Assembly (NCBI GenBank): GCA_964016885.1
Contig: CAXHJY010001199.1
Span: 5,094-69,093 of the forward strand
Direction of reading: 5' to 3'
DNA: 64,000 bases
Source of the DNA: Eledone cirrhosa
Lineage: Eukaryota
A program made the position numbers and the translations under genes. The first letter of the stretch is position 1. Every line of letters begins with the position of its first letter. This document shows positions 1-16,918 of this stretch, piece after piece. A model generated the notes under the pieces. It saw nothing but the letters and a program-made list of their open reading frames with translations, did not search any database and was not told the DNA's origin.

Positions 1-1165
<1,165 letters not shown>

Positions 1166-2367
1166 TGCCGGACTCGGCATAACTGGAAAAGTAGGTGAGT
1201 GGCTGCATGGCTTCCTGAGGGACAGAAGCCAGGCAGTCGCAGCAAATGGGGCCCTCTCGAGGGAAACACCGATAACAAGTGGGGTGCCTCAGGGGACAGT
1301 CCTGGGACCACTAATGTTTTTGGTGGCTCTCTCGGACATGCCCTCTGTGGTGCATGCAACAACATCCCTCACTAGCTATGCTGATGACACTAAGGTAGCA
1401 CAGGCAATCAAAAACCCGGCTGACGCTGCCCTCTTACAGCAGGATCTGGATGCCATATACAGATGGGCGGAAGAAAACAACATGCAGTTTAATGCTGGCA
1501 AATTCCAAGCCCTACAATACAAACCTGCAAACACAAACACAAATATAGCGGAACACAGCTACACAGGACCAGGAGGGACCGATATCCCCGTGTCAAAATC
1601 GATACGAGACCTGGCATAGACATGAGCGATGATGCATCTTTTTCTTCACACATCATGAAGGTGGCGACAGCATGTAGACGATTCGCTGGCTGGATCTTGA
1701 GGACTTTCCTTACAAGAGATCGAGACACCATGTTGACACTGTGGAGGACTTTTGTCCTAAGCCGCCTGGACTACTGCTCCCAGCTGTGGTCACCCCATAG
1801 TGTCAAACTAACCACAGAGCTTGAGGCAATCCAGCGAAGCTACACCAAGAGGATTGCCAAGATGAGGGAGACAAGCTACTGGGAGAGGCTGAAGGAACTG
1901 AACCTCTACTCCTTGGAGCGAAGACGGGAGAGATACGCAGTGATCTACATGTGGAAAATCCTGGAGGGACTAGCACCAAACTTTGGCACTGGGAGCTGGA
2001 CCAACCGTCGAACAGGACGTCACTGTGTGGTGCCAAAGATCCCGTCTTTCCACATCTAGAATAAGGAGCAGGTATTGCAATAGCCTGGGATTCAAGGCCC
2101 TCAACTCTTCAACAGGCTGCCGAGGCATCTGCGAGACTTGCATGACGTGGAGGTGGATGTCTTTAAGAAACATCTCGACACCTTGTTATCCAGGATCCCG
2201 GATGAGCCCACAGCAAGACACGAGGGAAACCTAAGGGCAGCAGCAACAAACTCCCTCCTACACCAGTGGCCAACCTATATAGGCTGGAGATAAAATGTGT
2301 AGCAACAAGGGCGGTGCCCCAGCATGGCCTCAGCCGGATGGCTGAAACAGGTAAAAGAGTAAAAGAG
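1166..2367 (+). mobile_element. 5'-truncated CR1-like non-LTR retrotransposon (LINE-A): RT C-terminal half plus 3' UTR, frameshifted
   Basis: [31 protein letters not shown] and LYSLERRRERY motifs; frameshift near 1615; ends in a stem-loop plus (GTAAAAGA)2 tail; flanked by TA arrays. Confidence 0.92.
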
Positions 2368-2868
2368 TATATATATATATACATATATACGTATATATAT
2401 ATACATATATATATATACGTATATATATATACATATATACATATATATATATATACATATATACATATATATATATACGTATATATATACATATATATAT
2501 ATACGTATATATATATACATATATACATATATACATACGTATATATATATACATACGTATATATATATACGTATATATATATACATATATATATATACGT
2601 ATATATATATACATATATACATATACGTATATATATATACATATATACATATATATATACATATATATATATACATATATATATATACGTATATATATAT
2701 ACATATATATATATACGTATATATATATACATATATACATATACGTATATATATATACATATATACATATATATATACATATATATATATACATATATAT
2801 ATATACGTATATATATATACATATATACATATATATATACATATATATATATACATATATATATATAC

Positions 2869-2903
<35 letters not shown>

Positions 2904-2928
2904 CCTATATATATATACATATATATAC

Positions 2929-2985
<57 letters not shown>

Positions 2986-3364
2986 CATATATATACATAT
3001 ATATATATACGTATATATATGTACATATATACATATATATATATACATATATACATATATATATATACGTATATATATATACATATATACATATATATAT
3101 ACATATATATATATACATATATACATATATATATACATATATATATATACATATATATATGTACATATATACATATATATATATACATATATACATATAT
3201 ATATATACATATATACATATATATATATACGTATATATATATACATATATACATATATATATACATATATATATATACATATACACATATATATATATAC
3301 ATATACACATATATATATGTATATATATATACATATATACATATATATATATGTATATATATAC

Positions 3365-3407
<43 letters not shown>

Positions 3408-3508
3408 TATATACATATATATATATATATACATATATATATACATATACATATATATATACATATATATATATATACATATATATATACATATACATAT
3501 ATATATAC

Positions 3509-3541
<33 letters not shown>

Positions 3542-3800
3542 CATATATATACATACATATATATATACATATATATACATACATATATATATATACATAT
3601 ATATATATATACATATATATACATACATATATATATATACATATATATATACATATATATACATACATATATATATATACATATATATATATATACATAT
3701 ATATATATACATATACACATATATATATATACATATACACATATATATATGTATATATATATACATATATACATATATATATATATATGTATATATATAC

Positions 3801-3843
<43 letters not shown>

Positions 3844-4191
3844 TATATACATATATATATATATACATATATATATACATATACATATATATATACATAT
3901 ATATATATATACATATATATATACATATACATATATATATACATATATATATATACATATATATATACATACATATATATATATACATATATATATATAT
4001 ACATATATATACATACATATATATATATACATATATATAACATATATATACATACATATATATATACATATATATATATACATATATATATATACATATA
4101 TATATATATACATATATATATATACATATATATATATATACATATATATATATACATATATATATATATACATATATATATATACATATAC

Positions 4192-4224
<33 letters not shown>

Positions 4225-4272
4225 CATATATATACATATACATATATATATATATATATACATATATGTATA

Positions 4273-4304
<32 letters not shown>

Positions 4305-4349
4305 CATATATATATATACATATATATATATATACATATATATATATAC

Positions 4350-4382
<33 letters not shown>

Positions 4383-4425
4383 CATATATATACATACATA
4401 TATATATATACATATATATACATAC

Positions 4426-4480
<55 letters not shown>

Positions 4481-4507
4481 CATACATATATATATATATA
4501 CATACAT
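2368..4507. repeat. Interrupted (TA)n microsatellite
   Basis: Direct reading. Confidence 0.98.
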
Positions 4508-6929
4508 ATGGATGATTTCTTCCTATCCCAACTGGTGCTCGAACCAACGAGGTGCCACAAAAACGTCCTAGACTTAATTTTCAGCAATCACACTGACAAT
4601 ATCCACAATATTGCAGTGGAGAAAACTCTACTCTCTGATCATGACATGGTTCTCTGTGATCTGAGATTCCACCGTCCAATATACAAACCCAATGTCATCT
4701 CTCCTGTCCATCCGTTGACGCTATGGATTTCCACAATGCAAACTGGGAAGCGATCAGTCATGATCTTGCACATCTCGACTGGTCCTTCACGCACACTCAT
4801 ACACCCACTAACATCAAAAAGTCCTGGCAGACATTTGTGGACACTGTTACAAACATATGTGCTAAACACACCCCATTAAGAACTATAAACAAATCTAAGA
4901 GCAGAATCCCTAGAAATAGAAAAACGCTCATCAGAAAAATTAAGAGAACGAACAAAAAAATCAACAAGCTGAAATACTGTCAGCAGCAACACATCAACTT
5001 GACTGCCATTTCATCACTAGAGATTAAAAAACATAACCTCCAAAACAACATAATGTCCCTCATCAACAATCAGAGAAGAGCTGAAGAGGCCTGGGCCATT
5101 GAGAAGATCAAACTCAATCCCAAAGTGTTCTTTTCATTTGCAAAAAAACACAAAATCACTGGCTCTACTGTTGGCCCTCTAATTGATGAAAATGGCACTC
5201 TTCAAGACAATGCTAAAACCATGGGTGAGATACTGCAGAAACAATACTGCTCTGTTTTCAGCAATCCTGATATGGCCGATCTGGGCTGTATCGGCGATGT
5301 TACTCCCCATTACACCTTATCGGACATAACGTTTGGCGCCCCTGATGTCCTGGCGGCAATAAAGGAAATCAAGCATAATTCAGCAGTAGGTCCCGATAGG
5401 TTCCCTGCTTGTGTCTTGAAGGCGTGTCAACACCAACTTGCATCTCTTGCATCTCCTCTTGCCAATCTGTGGCGGAACTCACTGGATGCTGGATATGTGC
5501 CAGAAAACCTTCTATCCCAGTCTGTTGTCCCAGTTTTCAAAAAGGGAAACAAATCCTTGCCGTGAATTACCGTCCAATCTCACTCACCTCTCATATCATT
5601 AAGGTATTTGAGCGAGTGGTGAGATCGCGAATGACCCACTTCCTTGAGAGTAACAATATGCTGAACTCCAACCAGCATGGATTCCGTAATGGAAGGGATT
5701 GCCTGACGCAGCTACTGCATCACTTTGATGACATTTTGAGAGCCTTGGGAGAGGGTTCCAACACTGATGTTATCTACCTTGATTTCAGCAAGGCCTTTGA
5801 CAGGGTTGATCATAACATTCTACTGAGAAAGCTGTCCAATATTGGTGTCACTGGAAAGCTGCTGCAGTGGATCAAGAGCTTCCTGTCAAACAGAACCCAA
5901 CATGTTGTAGTTGAGGGAGTCAAATCAAGCCCAGCCAAAGTCAGTAGTGGGGTCCCACAAGGCACTGTGTTGGGCCCACTTCTCTTCATCATCTATATTA
6001 ATGACATCACTGACATCATCAAACACAGCAACATTAACATTTTCGCTGATGATTCCAAGCTCCAAAAGGTCATCAATGGCGTGGATGACCGGATAAGCCT
6101 TCAGTCAGACCTACTGGCTGTTACCCAATGGGCAGAAAAGAACGACATGTTACTGAACGAAGACAAATTCGAACTGATCCACTTTGGAAAAGAGGATGCT
6201 CTGAAACTCCCGTACTCCCTTCCCTCCGGGGAAACTCTCGTGGCATCTAACAACATCAGAGACTTGGGAGTAACCGTGGACAGCAACATAAGCTGGACCA
6301 CGCATATAAGCAGCAAAGTTGACATGGCCCGCAGAATGTGTTCCTGGATCCTCAGAACCTTCCAGTCGAGAGATTCCCGCACCATTATCCTTCTCTTCTC
6401 TACTTTCGCCCGACCACACCTTGAATACTGTTGTCCACTGTGGTCTCCCCACACGAAACAAAGTATCATGAAACTTGAAGCTCCTCAAAGGGCAATCACG
6501 AAAAAGATAGATGGCATGTCAGACCTTGACTACTGGGGTCGATTAGAAAACCTGAAACTTTACTCACTCCAACGTCGCCGTGAGCGTTATATTATCTGCA
6601 TGATGTGGAAAATGTTCCATCATCACTGCCCAAATGATGTTGGCATCGCCTTCAAGATACACCCAAGGCTTGGGCCCCGTGCTATCCGTCCCATTCAAAA
6701 ATCTAAATCGCAACTCATAACAACAATACGGCACAATTATTTCACCTCAATCGGCCCTGCTCTCTTCAACATCACACCAGGACACGTCAAAACAGAAACT
6801 GACCACACAAAATTCAAGAAGTCTTTGGACAAATTCCTCCAAGTAATCCCGGACAAACCACCCACACCCGGATATGTCTCCGCAAACAGTAATTCTCTTC
6901 TCGAATGGGCCATGGTGCCCAAATCCTGA
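4508..6929 (+). pseudogene. LINE-B EN-RT ORF2 with two frameshifts (about 4715 and 5560)
   Basis: Protein pieces continue across ORFs 3317-4879 (end), 4723-5565 and 5409-6929. Confidence 0.88.
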
Positions 6930-7017
6930 ATTGAAAGACTTCGCCAGGTGGTGCTATTAAGTTAGACATGGCCTGGGCCAATACTGGCTAAAACATTTCA
7001 AAGTTTATTCAAAGTTA
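4508..7017 (+). mobile_element. 5'-truncated CR1-like LINE (LINE-B): end of APE endonuclease, RT and 3' UTR
   Basis: [17 protein letters not shown] (APE end), [39 protein letters not shown]; stop at 6929; tail about (TTCAAAGTTA)2. Confidence 0.95.
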
Positions 7018-8777
<1,760 letters not shown>

Positions 8778-8778
8778 C

Positions 8779-8988
8779 AGGTTTTAATATAGATGAGATT
8801 CTACAGGACTAGAACTGTTTTATTCTTCAGAAATCATCAAGAATCTGGGTATCAAAAATTCCTGATGATTTCTGAAGAATGAAACAGTTCTAGTCTGTAG
8901 AATCTCATCTATATTAAAACCTTTATACTCTGCTATGTATTGAGTACCTTACTTACTGTGGTTACCTCCGATTCAACCCGGAATAACG
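8779..8988 (+). mobile_element. Fold-back element family A (PLE pLTR-like): inverted arms 8779-8844 / 8858-8922 plus one-sided tail
   Basis: Arms are reverse complements; second copy at 22026-22217; tail-only copy near 35695-35760. Confidence 0.8.
8858..8903 (+). ncRNA. Type I hammerhead ribozyme motif (family A)
   Basis: ATTC-CTGATGA-tTTCtgaaGAAt-GAAACAG-ttctagt-CTGTA^GAAT; stems I, II and III all pair; GUA triplet. Confidence 0.72.
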
Positions 8989-9204
8989 TATATATATATA
9001 CACATATATATATATACATATATAACATATATATATATATACATATATATGTATAACATATATATATATATACATATATATATATAACATATATATATAT
9101 ATACATATATATATATAACATATTTATATATATACATATATATATATAACATATTTATATATATACATATATATATATATACATATACATATATATACAT
9201 ATAC

Positions 9205-9237
<33 letters not shown>

Positions 9238-9315
9238 CATATATATATACACACACTCACACACATATATATATACACATATATATATACACACACACAT
9301 ATATATATATATATA

Positions 9316-9365
9316 CAGCCATCGAAACGGCTTGAGCTCTGCCGTAGGCGTCATACTTTTCCCTT
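9316..9365 (+). mobile_element. Family G fragment (HHR 3' half)
   Basis: GAAACGGC-ttgagctct-GCCGTA matches 17393-17415. Confidence 0.6.
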
Positions 9366-9777
9366 TATATATATCTCTCTCTATATATATATATATGTAT
9401 ATATATACACATATATATGTGTGTGTATATATTGCTATTTCCGCTCTAATCATTTATCTACTCTCATCATCATCACCAACACCCTCATCACCATCATTAT
9501 TATTATTATTATTATGTCCTTAAAAGTCACCAACCAACAGGTCCCCGACTATAGACCTTAATATCCTATATCCTATATCTTTAGTATCAACATCACTCGG
9601 TCACACAATACTTATTAAATAAAGAAAGTTCTAAGCTTTGATGTAGTAGCGAGTGATTTAGTCATTTTTTCTTTTCATTTATTTTACTGTTAACTATTAT
9701 CTATTTATATGCTAATTTAGGCTAATCACATTGATGCAACTTCCCCACAATTAATTTTCCACATCAACGATAATCAA

Positions 9778-10350
9778 ACAAAAAATAAAAATATATAAAA
9801 ATAAATAAAAATAAAATAAATAATAAAAAATACAAAAATAAAAAAAATAAAACAGAAATATATAAAAATAAAAATATAAAAATAACATAAAAAATATAAA
9901 AAAATTAAAAATAGAAATATAAAATTAAATATAAAAATAAAAATTATAAAAATATAAAAATAAAAATAACAATAAAAATATAAAAATAAAAATAAAGAAG
10001 AAGAAAAAAAGAAAAAGAAAATAAATAAATATATAAATAAATTTATAAATAATAAAAAATAATTTTATGAAAAAACCCCGAAAATAAACGAAAACGTTTC
10101 TCTGAAGATGTGAGTGTTTCATCTTTGTTCTTCTTTGTTGTTCTTTCTTTCCTTTTTTTACTTTCTTTGTCGTCTTCATCTTTTTGTCATCGTCATCATC
10201 ATTACCATCTTTTCTGTTTTTTTTTGTCGTCGTTTTCATCATCATCATCTTTTTTCTTTTCTGTTTTTGTCGTCATCATCACCATCTTTTTTCTTTTCTG
10301 TTTTTTTGTCATCCTCATCATCATCATCTTTTTTTCTTTTCTGTTTTTTG

Positions 10351-10382
<32 letters not shown>

Positions 10383-10530
10383 TTTTTTCTTTTGATTTTG
10401 TCATCATCATCATCATCCTCCTCCTCATCATCATCATCACCATCTTTTTTCATTTCTGTTTTTGCCGTCATCATCAACACCATCTTTTTTCTTGTCTGTT
10501 TTTATGTCGTCGTCGTCGTAATCATCATTG
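9778..10530. repeat. A-rich low-complexity tract followed by degenerate (TCA)n/T-rich repeat
   Basis: Direct reading. Confidence 0.85.
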
Positions 10531-10632
10531 CTCGTTTTCGACCTGTATCGATCTGTATCGATCTGGTCCGACTCTGGAATCAAAAGCTCGTCGGACGTCT
10601 GTTGTGGTAATGTAGTAACTATATATATAAAC

Positions 10633-10860
10633 ATTTATTAAAATAACAAATTAAAGTTTGAGCAAAGAATCGCTGCTTTCACCCTTAACGGGATCTTCTG
10701 AAACTCAGAAGATCCCGTTAAGGGTGAAAGCAGCGATTCTTTGCTTAAACTTTAATCTGTTATTTTAATAAATCTTTGCTCTACGGTTCTTATATACTTG
10801 ATATATATTTATCCTTATCGAGCCCTCTTTGGATTTTAGTCTACATATTTATTATTATTG
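10633..10860 (+). mobile_element. Fold-back family B, copy 1 (arms 10633-10773, tail on the right)
   Basis: Near-perfect palindrome centred near 10703; same sequence inverted at 11281-11503. Confidence 0.85.
10655..10705 (-). ncRNA. Hammerhead-like motif with variant core CAGAAGA (family B)
   Basis: Minus strand: AGTTT-CAGAAGA-tCCCgttaaGGGt-GAAAGCA-gcgattctt-TGCTC^AAACT. Confidence 0.6.
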
Positions 10861-10896
<36 letters not shown>

Positions 10897-10966
10897 CCAC
10901 CAACCACCTGAAAAGACTATTCAAATCGAGAACACTCCCTGGATATATATATATTAATTTCAAAGG

Positions 10967-11016
<50 letters not shown>

Positions 11017-11220
11017 TTAGACATAGTCACAGATACATATATGAGTTTTTAGATAAGTGTCATATAGCTGTACATCGCGGAAAAGTATCTGTATCATTTG
11101 TCCATTATTTCTTCATAAGTACATTTTAAACTTCTAGCTTCGTTTAAATGATTTTTTATGTGGTTAATTTATACTGATTGGGAGAGGAAATACTGTATAT
11201 ATTTTATCTAATGGTTCTTT

Positions 11221-11279
<59 letters not shown>

Positions 11280-11280
11280 G

Positions 11281-11495
11281 TAATAATAATAAATTTGAAG
11301 ACTAAAATCCAAATAGGGCTCGATAAGGATAAATATATATCAAATATATAAGAACCGTAGAGCAAAATATTTATTAAAATAACAGATTAAAGTTTAAGCA
11401 AAGAATCGCTGCTTTCACCCTTAACGGGATCTTCAGAAGATCCCGTTAAGGGTGAAAGCAGCGATTCTTTGCTTAAACTTTAATCTGTTATTTTA

Positions 11496-11503
<8 letters not shown>
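11281..11503 (-). mobile_element. Fold-back family B, copy 2 (perfect palindrome 11367-11503, apex 11435, tail on the left)
   Basis: Reverse-complement match to copy 1 including the tail. Confidence 0.85.
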
Positions 11504-11535
<32 letters not shown>

Positions 11536-11537
<2 letters not shown>

Positions 11538-11881
11538 TTTCTGAATTTGTTTAGCAAGATTCTTTATCTGAAAACGTGTGTTGAAACCGATATTGTTATA
11601 CTTTGGGAGGGTCATGTTGCCAATAAGAAACACACGCACCAGTTGCTTTCCCTCCAATTTATTATAAATAAAATTTATAAATTAAAGAATTTATAAATTT
11701 CCGGTTGGTTGGTTGGTTCCACAACCGTCCGGTTGTTCATATATTGTTGCGGAACCAACCAACCAACCGGAAATTTATAAATTCTTAAATTTATAAATTT
11801 TATTTATAATAAATTGGAGGGAAAGCAACTGGTGCGTGTGTTTCTTATTGGCAACATGACCCTCCCAAAGTATAACAATAT
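11536..11881 (-). mobile_element. Fold-back family D (arms 11590-11881, tail on the left), truncated before the HHR
   Basis: ATTGTTATACTTTGGGAGGGTCATGTTGCC terminus shared with six other copies in the window. Confidence 0.85.
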
Positions 11882-11887
11882 ATATAT

Positions 11888-12041
11888 AGGTAGAAGTGGT
11901 AACACAACAGTTAGTTCACCCATGATCATTACGAGCTGAGGATCCGATATGGTGAACTAACTGTTGTGTTACCACTTCTACCTAACTCGTCCCATGGACT
12001 GAGCGCTCTACCACTAAGGATACTACCTTCCAGTGTTCTAC
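11888..12041 (+). mobile_element. Fold-back family E (33-bp arms 11888-11920 / 11951-11983 plus tail)
   Basis: Exact inverted arms; degenerate HHR-like CTGAGGA-tCCgatatGGt-GAAC. Confidence 0.6.
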
Positions 12042-12074
12042 CCCCCTCTCTCTCTATATATATATATAGAGAGT

Positions 12075-12227
12075 TCGAAATAACAAACAAACAAACGGAG
12101 GAGTAAATGTTACATTGTGGTATTAGGTTCACGCTTGGTGAGAGTAGGGGCATGTGGTTACGACGTTTCGGACATAAGTCCTACATCAGGAGAGGGGAGG
12201 GAAGTCCCAGAAGGAGTGAGGGGAGAG

Positions 12228-12230
<3 letters not shown>
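12075..12230 (-). mobile_element. PLE pLTR-like fragment (family V) with degenerate HHR at about 12154-12193
   Basis: Minus strand: CTGATGTA-GGAC ttat GTCC-GAAACGTCGTA; a more decayed relative at about 34560-34700 shares TATTAGGTTCACGCTTGG. Confidence 0.5.
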
Positions 12231-12291
<61 letters not shown>

Positions 12292-12463
12292 AATATAATA
12301 TCAGCGAGATCGAATTTCGGCTGTGGTCGAAAACAAAGCGAAACGCAATATCCAAGTTATGCTGGCAAGCGCTCCATGGACCAAATAAAGACCAGAGCAA
12401 TAAACATACGTTATTAAGGCCAAACAAACTGAGATGGCGGTCAAGAAGCCATCAACCACCTAA

Positions 12464-12526
<63 letters not shown>

Positions 12527-12956
12527 CAGACCCTCCATCTCAATTCTACTTTTGAAAAGCAGAAGAACTGCGAAACCGGTAAAACCCTGAAGCCTTTTAG
12601 TCCATCACATCGATTCCAGCACAAACTTTTCTAGTGAAGTCTGGCATACAGTTTATCAATCTCTTTTTGTCGAACCTCTATCAAGTTGACGTTATGCTAG
12701 AAGACAGGTCCTAGGGCGCCCATGTGTGTGTGCGTGTGTGTGTGCTGTGGGTCGGATCGAACCGTGAAGAAAATGGTTGCGATGTGGCTTGCCTAACCAC
12801 GTGGCCATGTCAGCTCTCCCTCCTCCACGACCCAACCATAATAATAAAGTTGGGCTGGTTGGTTGTGTGTAACTGAAACTGATCAGATAAAATAATCATC
12901 TTGATAATTGTTTACAGAGATCCAGGGATGCCATGGGCTGTCGTCACATACACATA

Positions 12957-13016
<60 letters not shown>

Positions 13017-13140
13017 CACATGTATATATACACATGTATATATACACATGTATATATATATACACATGTATATATCAAATACATCACATTGATATTGATG
13101 GTATTTGTATAAATAGATACAGTTTCACCGATATATATAT

Positions 13141-13175
<35 letters not shown>

Positions 13176-13213
13176 CGTATGTATATATATGTATGTATAT
13201 ATATATATATATG

Positions 13214-13252
<39 letters not shown>

Positions 13253-13313
13253 TAAACAACACGCACCACACAAAGTCTATAATATTTAAGGTATTTAAGT
13301 GAAATTTATCTGA

Positions 13314-13316
13314 TTA

Positions 13317-13356
<40 letters not shown>

Positions 13357-13763
13357 TATACATTCATATATATACATTCATATATATACACATACATATA
13401 TACATATATATACACATATATACATACATATACATACACATATATACATACATATACATATATATACATACATATATATATACACATATATATACATACA
13501 TATATACATATATATACATACATATATATATACACATACATATATACATACATATATACACATACATATATACATACATATATACACATACATATATACA
13601 TATATACATATATATACATACATATATACATACATATATATACATATATACATACATACATATATACATATATATACATACATACATACATATATACATA
13701 CATACATATATACATATATATACATACATACATACATATATATACATACATACATACATATAT

Positions 13764-13850
<87 letters not shown>

Positions 13851-14263
13851 CATATATATATACATACATATATATATACTTACATATATACATATATATA
13901 TACTTACATATATACATATATATATACATACATACATACATATATACATATATATATACATACATATATATATACTTACATATATACATATATATATACT
14001 TACATATATACATATATATATACATACATACATACATATATATGCATACATACATACATATACATATATATACATACATACATATATATACATACATACA
14101 TATACATACATATATATACATACATACATATACATACATATACATATATATACATACATACATATATATATACATACATACATATACATATATATACATA
14201 CATACATACATATACATATATATACATACATACATATACATACATACATACATATACATATAT

Positions 14264-14296
<33 letters not shown>

Positions 14297-14612
14297 CATA
14301 CACATACATATATATACATACACATACATATATATATACATATATATACATACATATATATATACATATATATACACATATATATACATACATATACATA
14401 CATATATACATACATATATATATATACATATATATACATACATATATACATATATATACATACATATACATGCATATATATATATATATACATACATATA
14501 CATATACATATATATACATACATATACATATACATATACATATATATATACATATATATACATACATATACATGCATATACAAACATTCATATATATACA
14601 TATATATATATG
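13314..14612. repeat. (TACA)n/(TA)n compound microsatellite
   Basis: Direct reading. Confidence 0.97.
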
Positions 14613-14632
14613 TTACACACGAAAAAATAGTA

Positions 14633-14890
14633 AAGAAAGAGAGAGGTGTGTGGGAGAGAGAGGGGTGGGGGGGTATAAGGAGAGGGGGAAAGGGAGAGGG
14701 AGAGAAGGGGGAGATGAGGGAGGGGGAGATGGGGGGAGGGAGAGAAGGAGAGTGAGAGGGAGAGAGAGGGAGAGGGAGAGAGAGAGAGAGAGGGAGGGAG
14801 AGGGAGAGAGAGGGAGGGAGAGGGAGAGAGAGAGGGAGAGAGAGGGAGAGAGAAGGAGAGAGAGAGAAGGAGAGAGAGAGTGGGAGGGGA
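14633..14890. repeat. GA-rich polypurine tract
   Basis: Direct reading. Confidence 0.9.
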
Positions 14891-15144
14891 GACGGGGCAC
14901 CACGGGTTGTGTCAGAACAACACATGTCGGCACACGCCTTCTTTGATATAAAGCGTTCGTTGAAGGCAGCGTCTCTTCTGGAGAGCAGGGTCACTGAGTG
15001 CAAACTTGTTTTGTTTTGTTTTTTTGTAGTATTTGTTAGGTTTTGTTATTTTATTTATTTACTCTTTTTACTGTATTTACATATGTTGTTGTTGTTGTTG
15101 TCTTTCAAATATTTCTGCTGTGCTAGACATCTAGCTATACACTC

Positions 15145-15600
15145 TCACCACCCCCTCACCACCACCACCACCACCACTACCATCATCACCGCCGCCAACA
15201 ACAACCAACACCATTAACACCATCATCACCACCACCACACCGCCACCACCACCACCACACCACCACCTCTGCCGCCGCCACCACCACCACCATCATCACC
15301 GCCGCCAACAACAACCAACACCATTAACACCGACAGCACCACCACCACACCGCCACCACCACACCGCCACCACCACCACCACACCGCCATTATCATCACC
15401 ACCACCACCACCACCACACCACCATTATCATCACCACCGCCACCACGACCAACACCACCTCATCACCACCACACCACCATTATCATCACCACCGCCACCA
15501 ACACCACCACATCACCACGCACACCACATCACCACCACTATCATCATCACCAACACCACCACCACGAACACCACGAACACCACCACCGCCACCACGCCCC
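15145..15600. repeat. Degenerate (ACC)n repeat
   Basis: Direct reading; similar tracts at about 23560-24030 and (GGT)n at about 28085-28640. Confidence 0.9.
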
Positions 15601-15951
15601 CCCACTCACACACCTTCAGTTCTTACAACATCTCCCCTTCCTCCACCTTCTCCTCCTATTTGTTTACCTTCCTTCTCTCTCTTTCCTTCTCTGGATCCAA
15701 AAACACAGCTTAAACACACACTCACATACACACATACACACACCACCACTCAAACATATACATACACACACACACCTTGTTTATACATTTGTCATTAAGA
15801 TTTGTTCGCACACACACACATACAGACAGACACACACACATTTATATATGTATTTATATTTATATACATAGACACACATTTAAGTACATATGTGTTTAGT
15901 GTAAATAAGGTACACAACATCTAAAGTTTGTACAAGCTGAGTGTGTATATA

Positions 15952-16422
<471 letters not shown>

Positions 16423-16580
16423 ACATGTATCTCGCTCATAAACACAACAAACACGTTTTCACGGTTACGTACCTGTATAAATGCACACACGCACACACAC
16501 AAACTTGTAAATATATATATAAACATCTATCAGTCTACCTGTGTATATGTCTCTGTGTGTGTGTGTGTGTGTATATATAT

Positions 16581-16775
16581 GCACTCTATTGCTGTATTAA
16601 GTGTGGCCGAAATTCGAGTACGGGTATAAATTGGAGGTAGCCATTTACGTGTGTTGTATTGAACCCAATAACTCTGTGTCTACTCTGGGATGTTACATAA
16701 CATTACCTATTGAGTACGCTCAGATGCAACCGGTACTAGCAGTCAAACCCATGCTAGCCTCGTCAACTTATTATT
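16581..16775 (+). mobile_element. Dispersed repeat family M (HHR 3' half plus tail)
   Basis: GGCC-GAAATTCGAGTA; matching pieces at 18403-18465 (GAAACTCGAGTA) and 22228-22378. Confidence 0.65.
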
Positions 16776-16860
16776 ATATATAGTGGAAATTGTCTTTATG
16801 TTTGTCTTCCAAGTTCTATGTTTTATATATTTCTCCTACGTAAACGTGTGTGTATATATG

Positions 16861-16914
<54 letters not shown>

Positions 16915-16918
<4 letters not shown>

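Noticed and set aside
10895-10945. CTGAAAAGA..TCGAGA possible decayed hammerhead
   Set aside because: Two core mismatches and weak stems
12570-12810. Decayed reverse-strand SINE pieces (also about 26680-26840 and 27928-27990)
   Set aside because: Too degraded to delimit or assign confidently
14895-15010. Possible promoter or first exon (GATATAAAG after a GA tract)
   Set aside because: No downstream coding exon or other support visible
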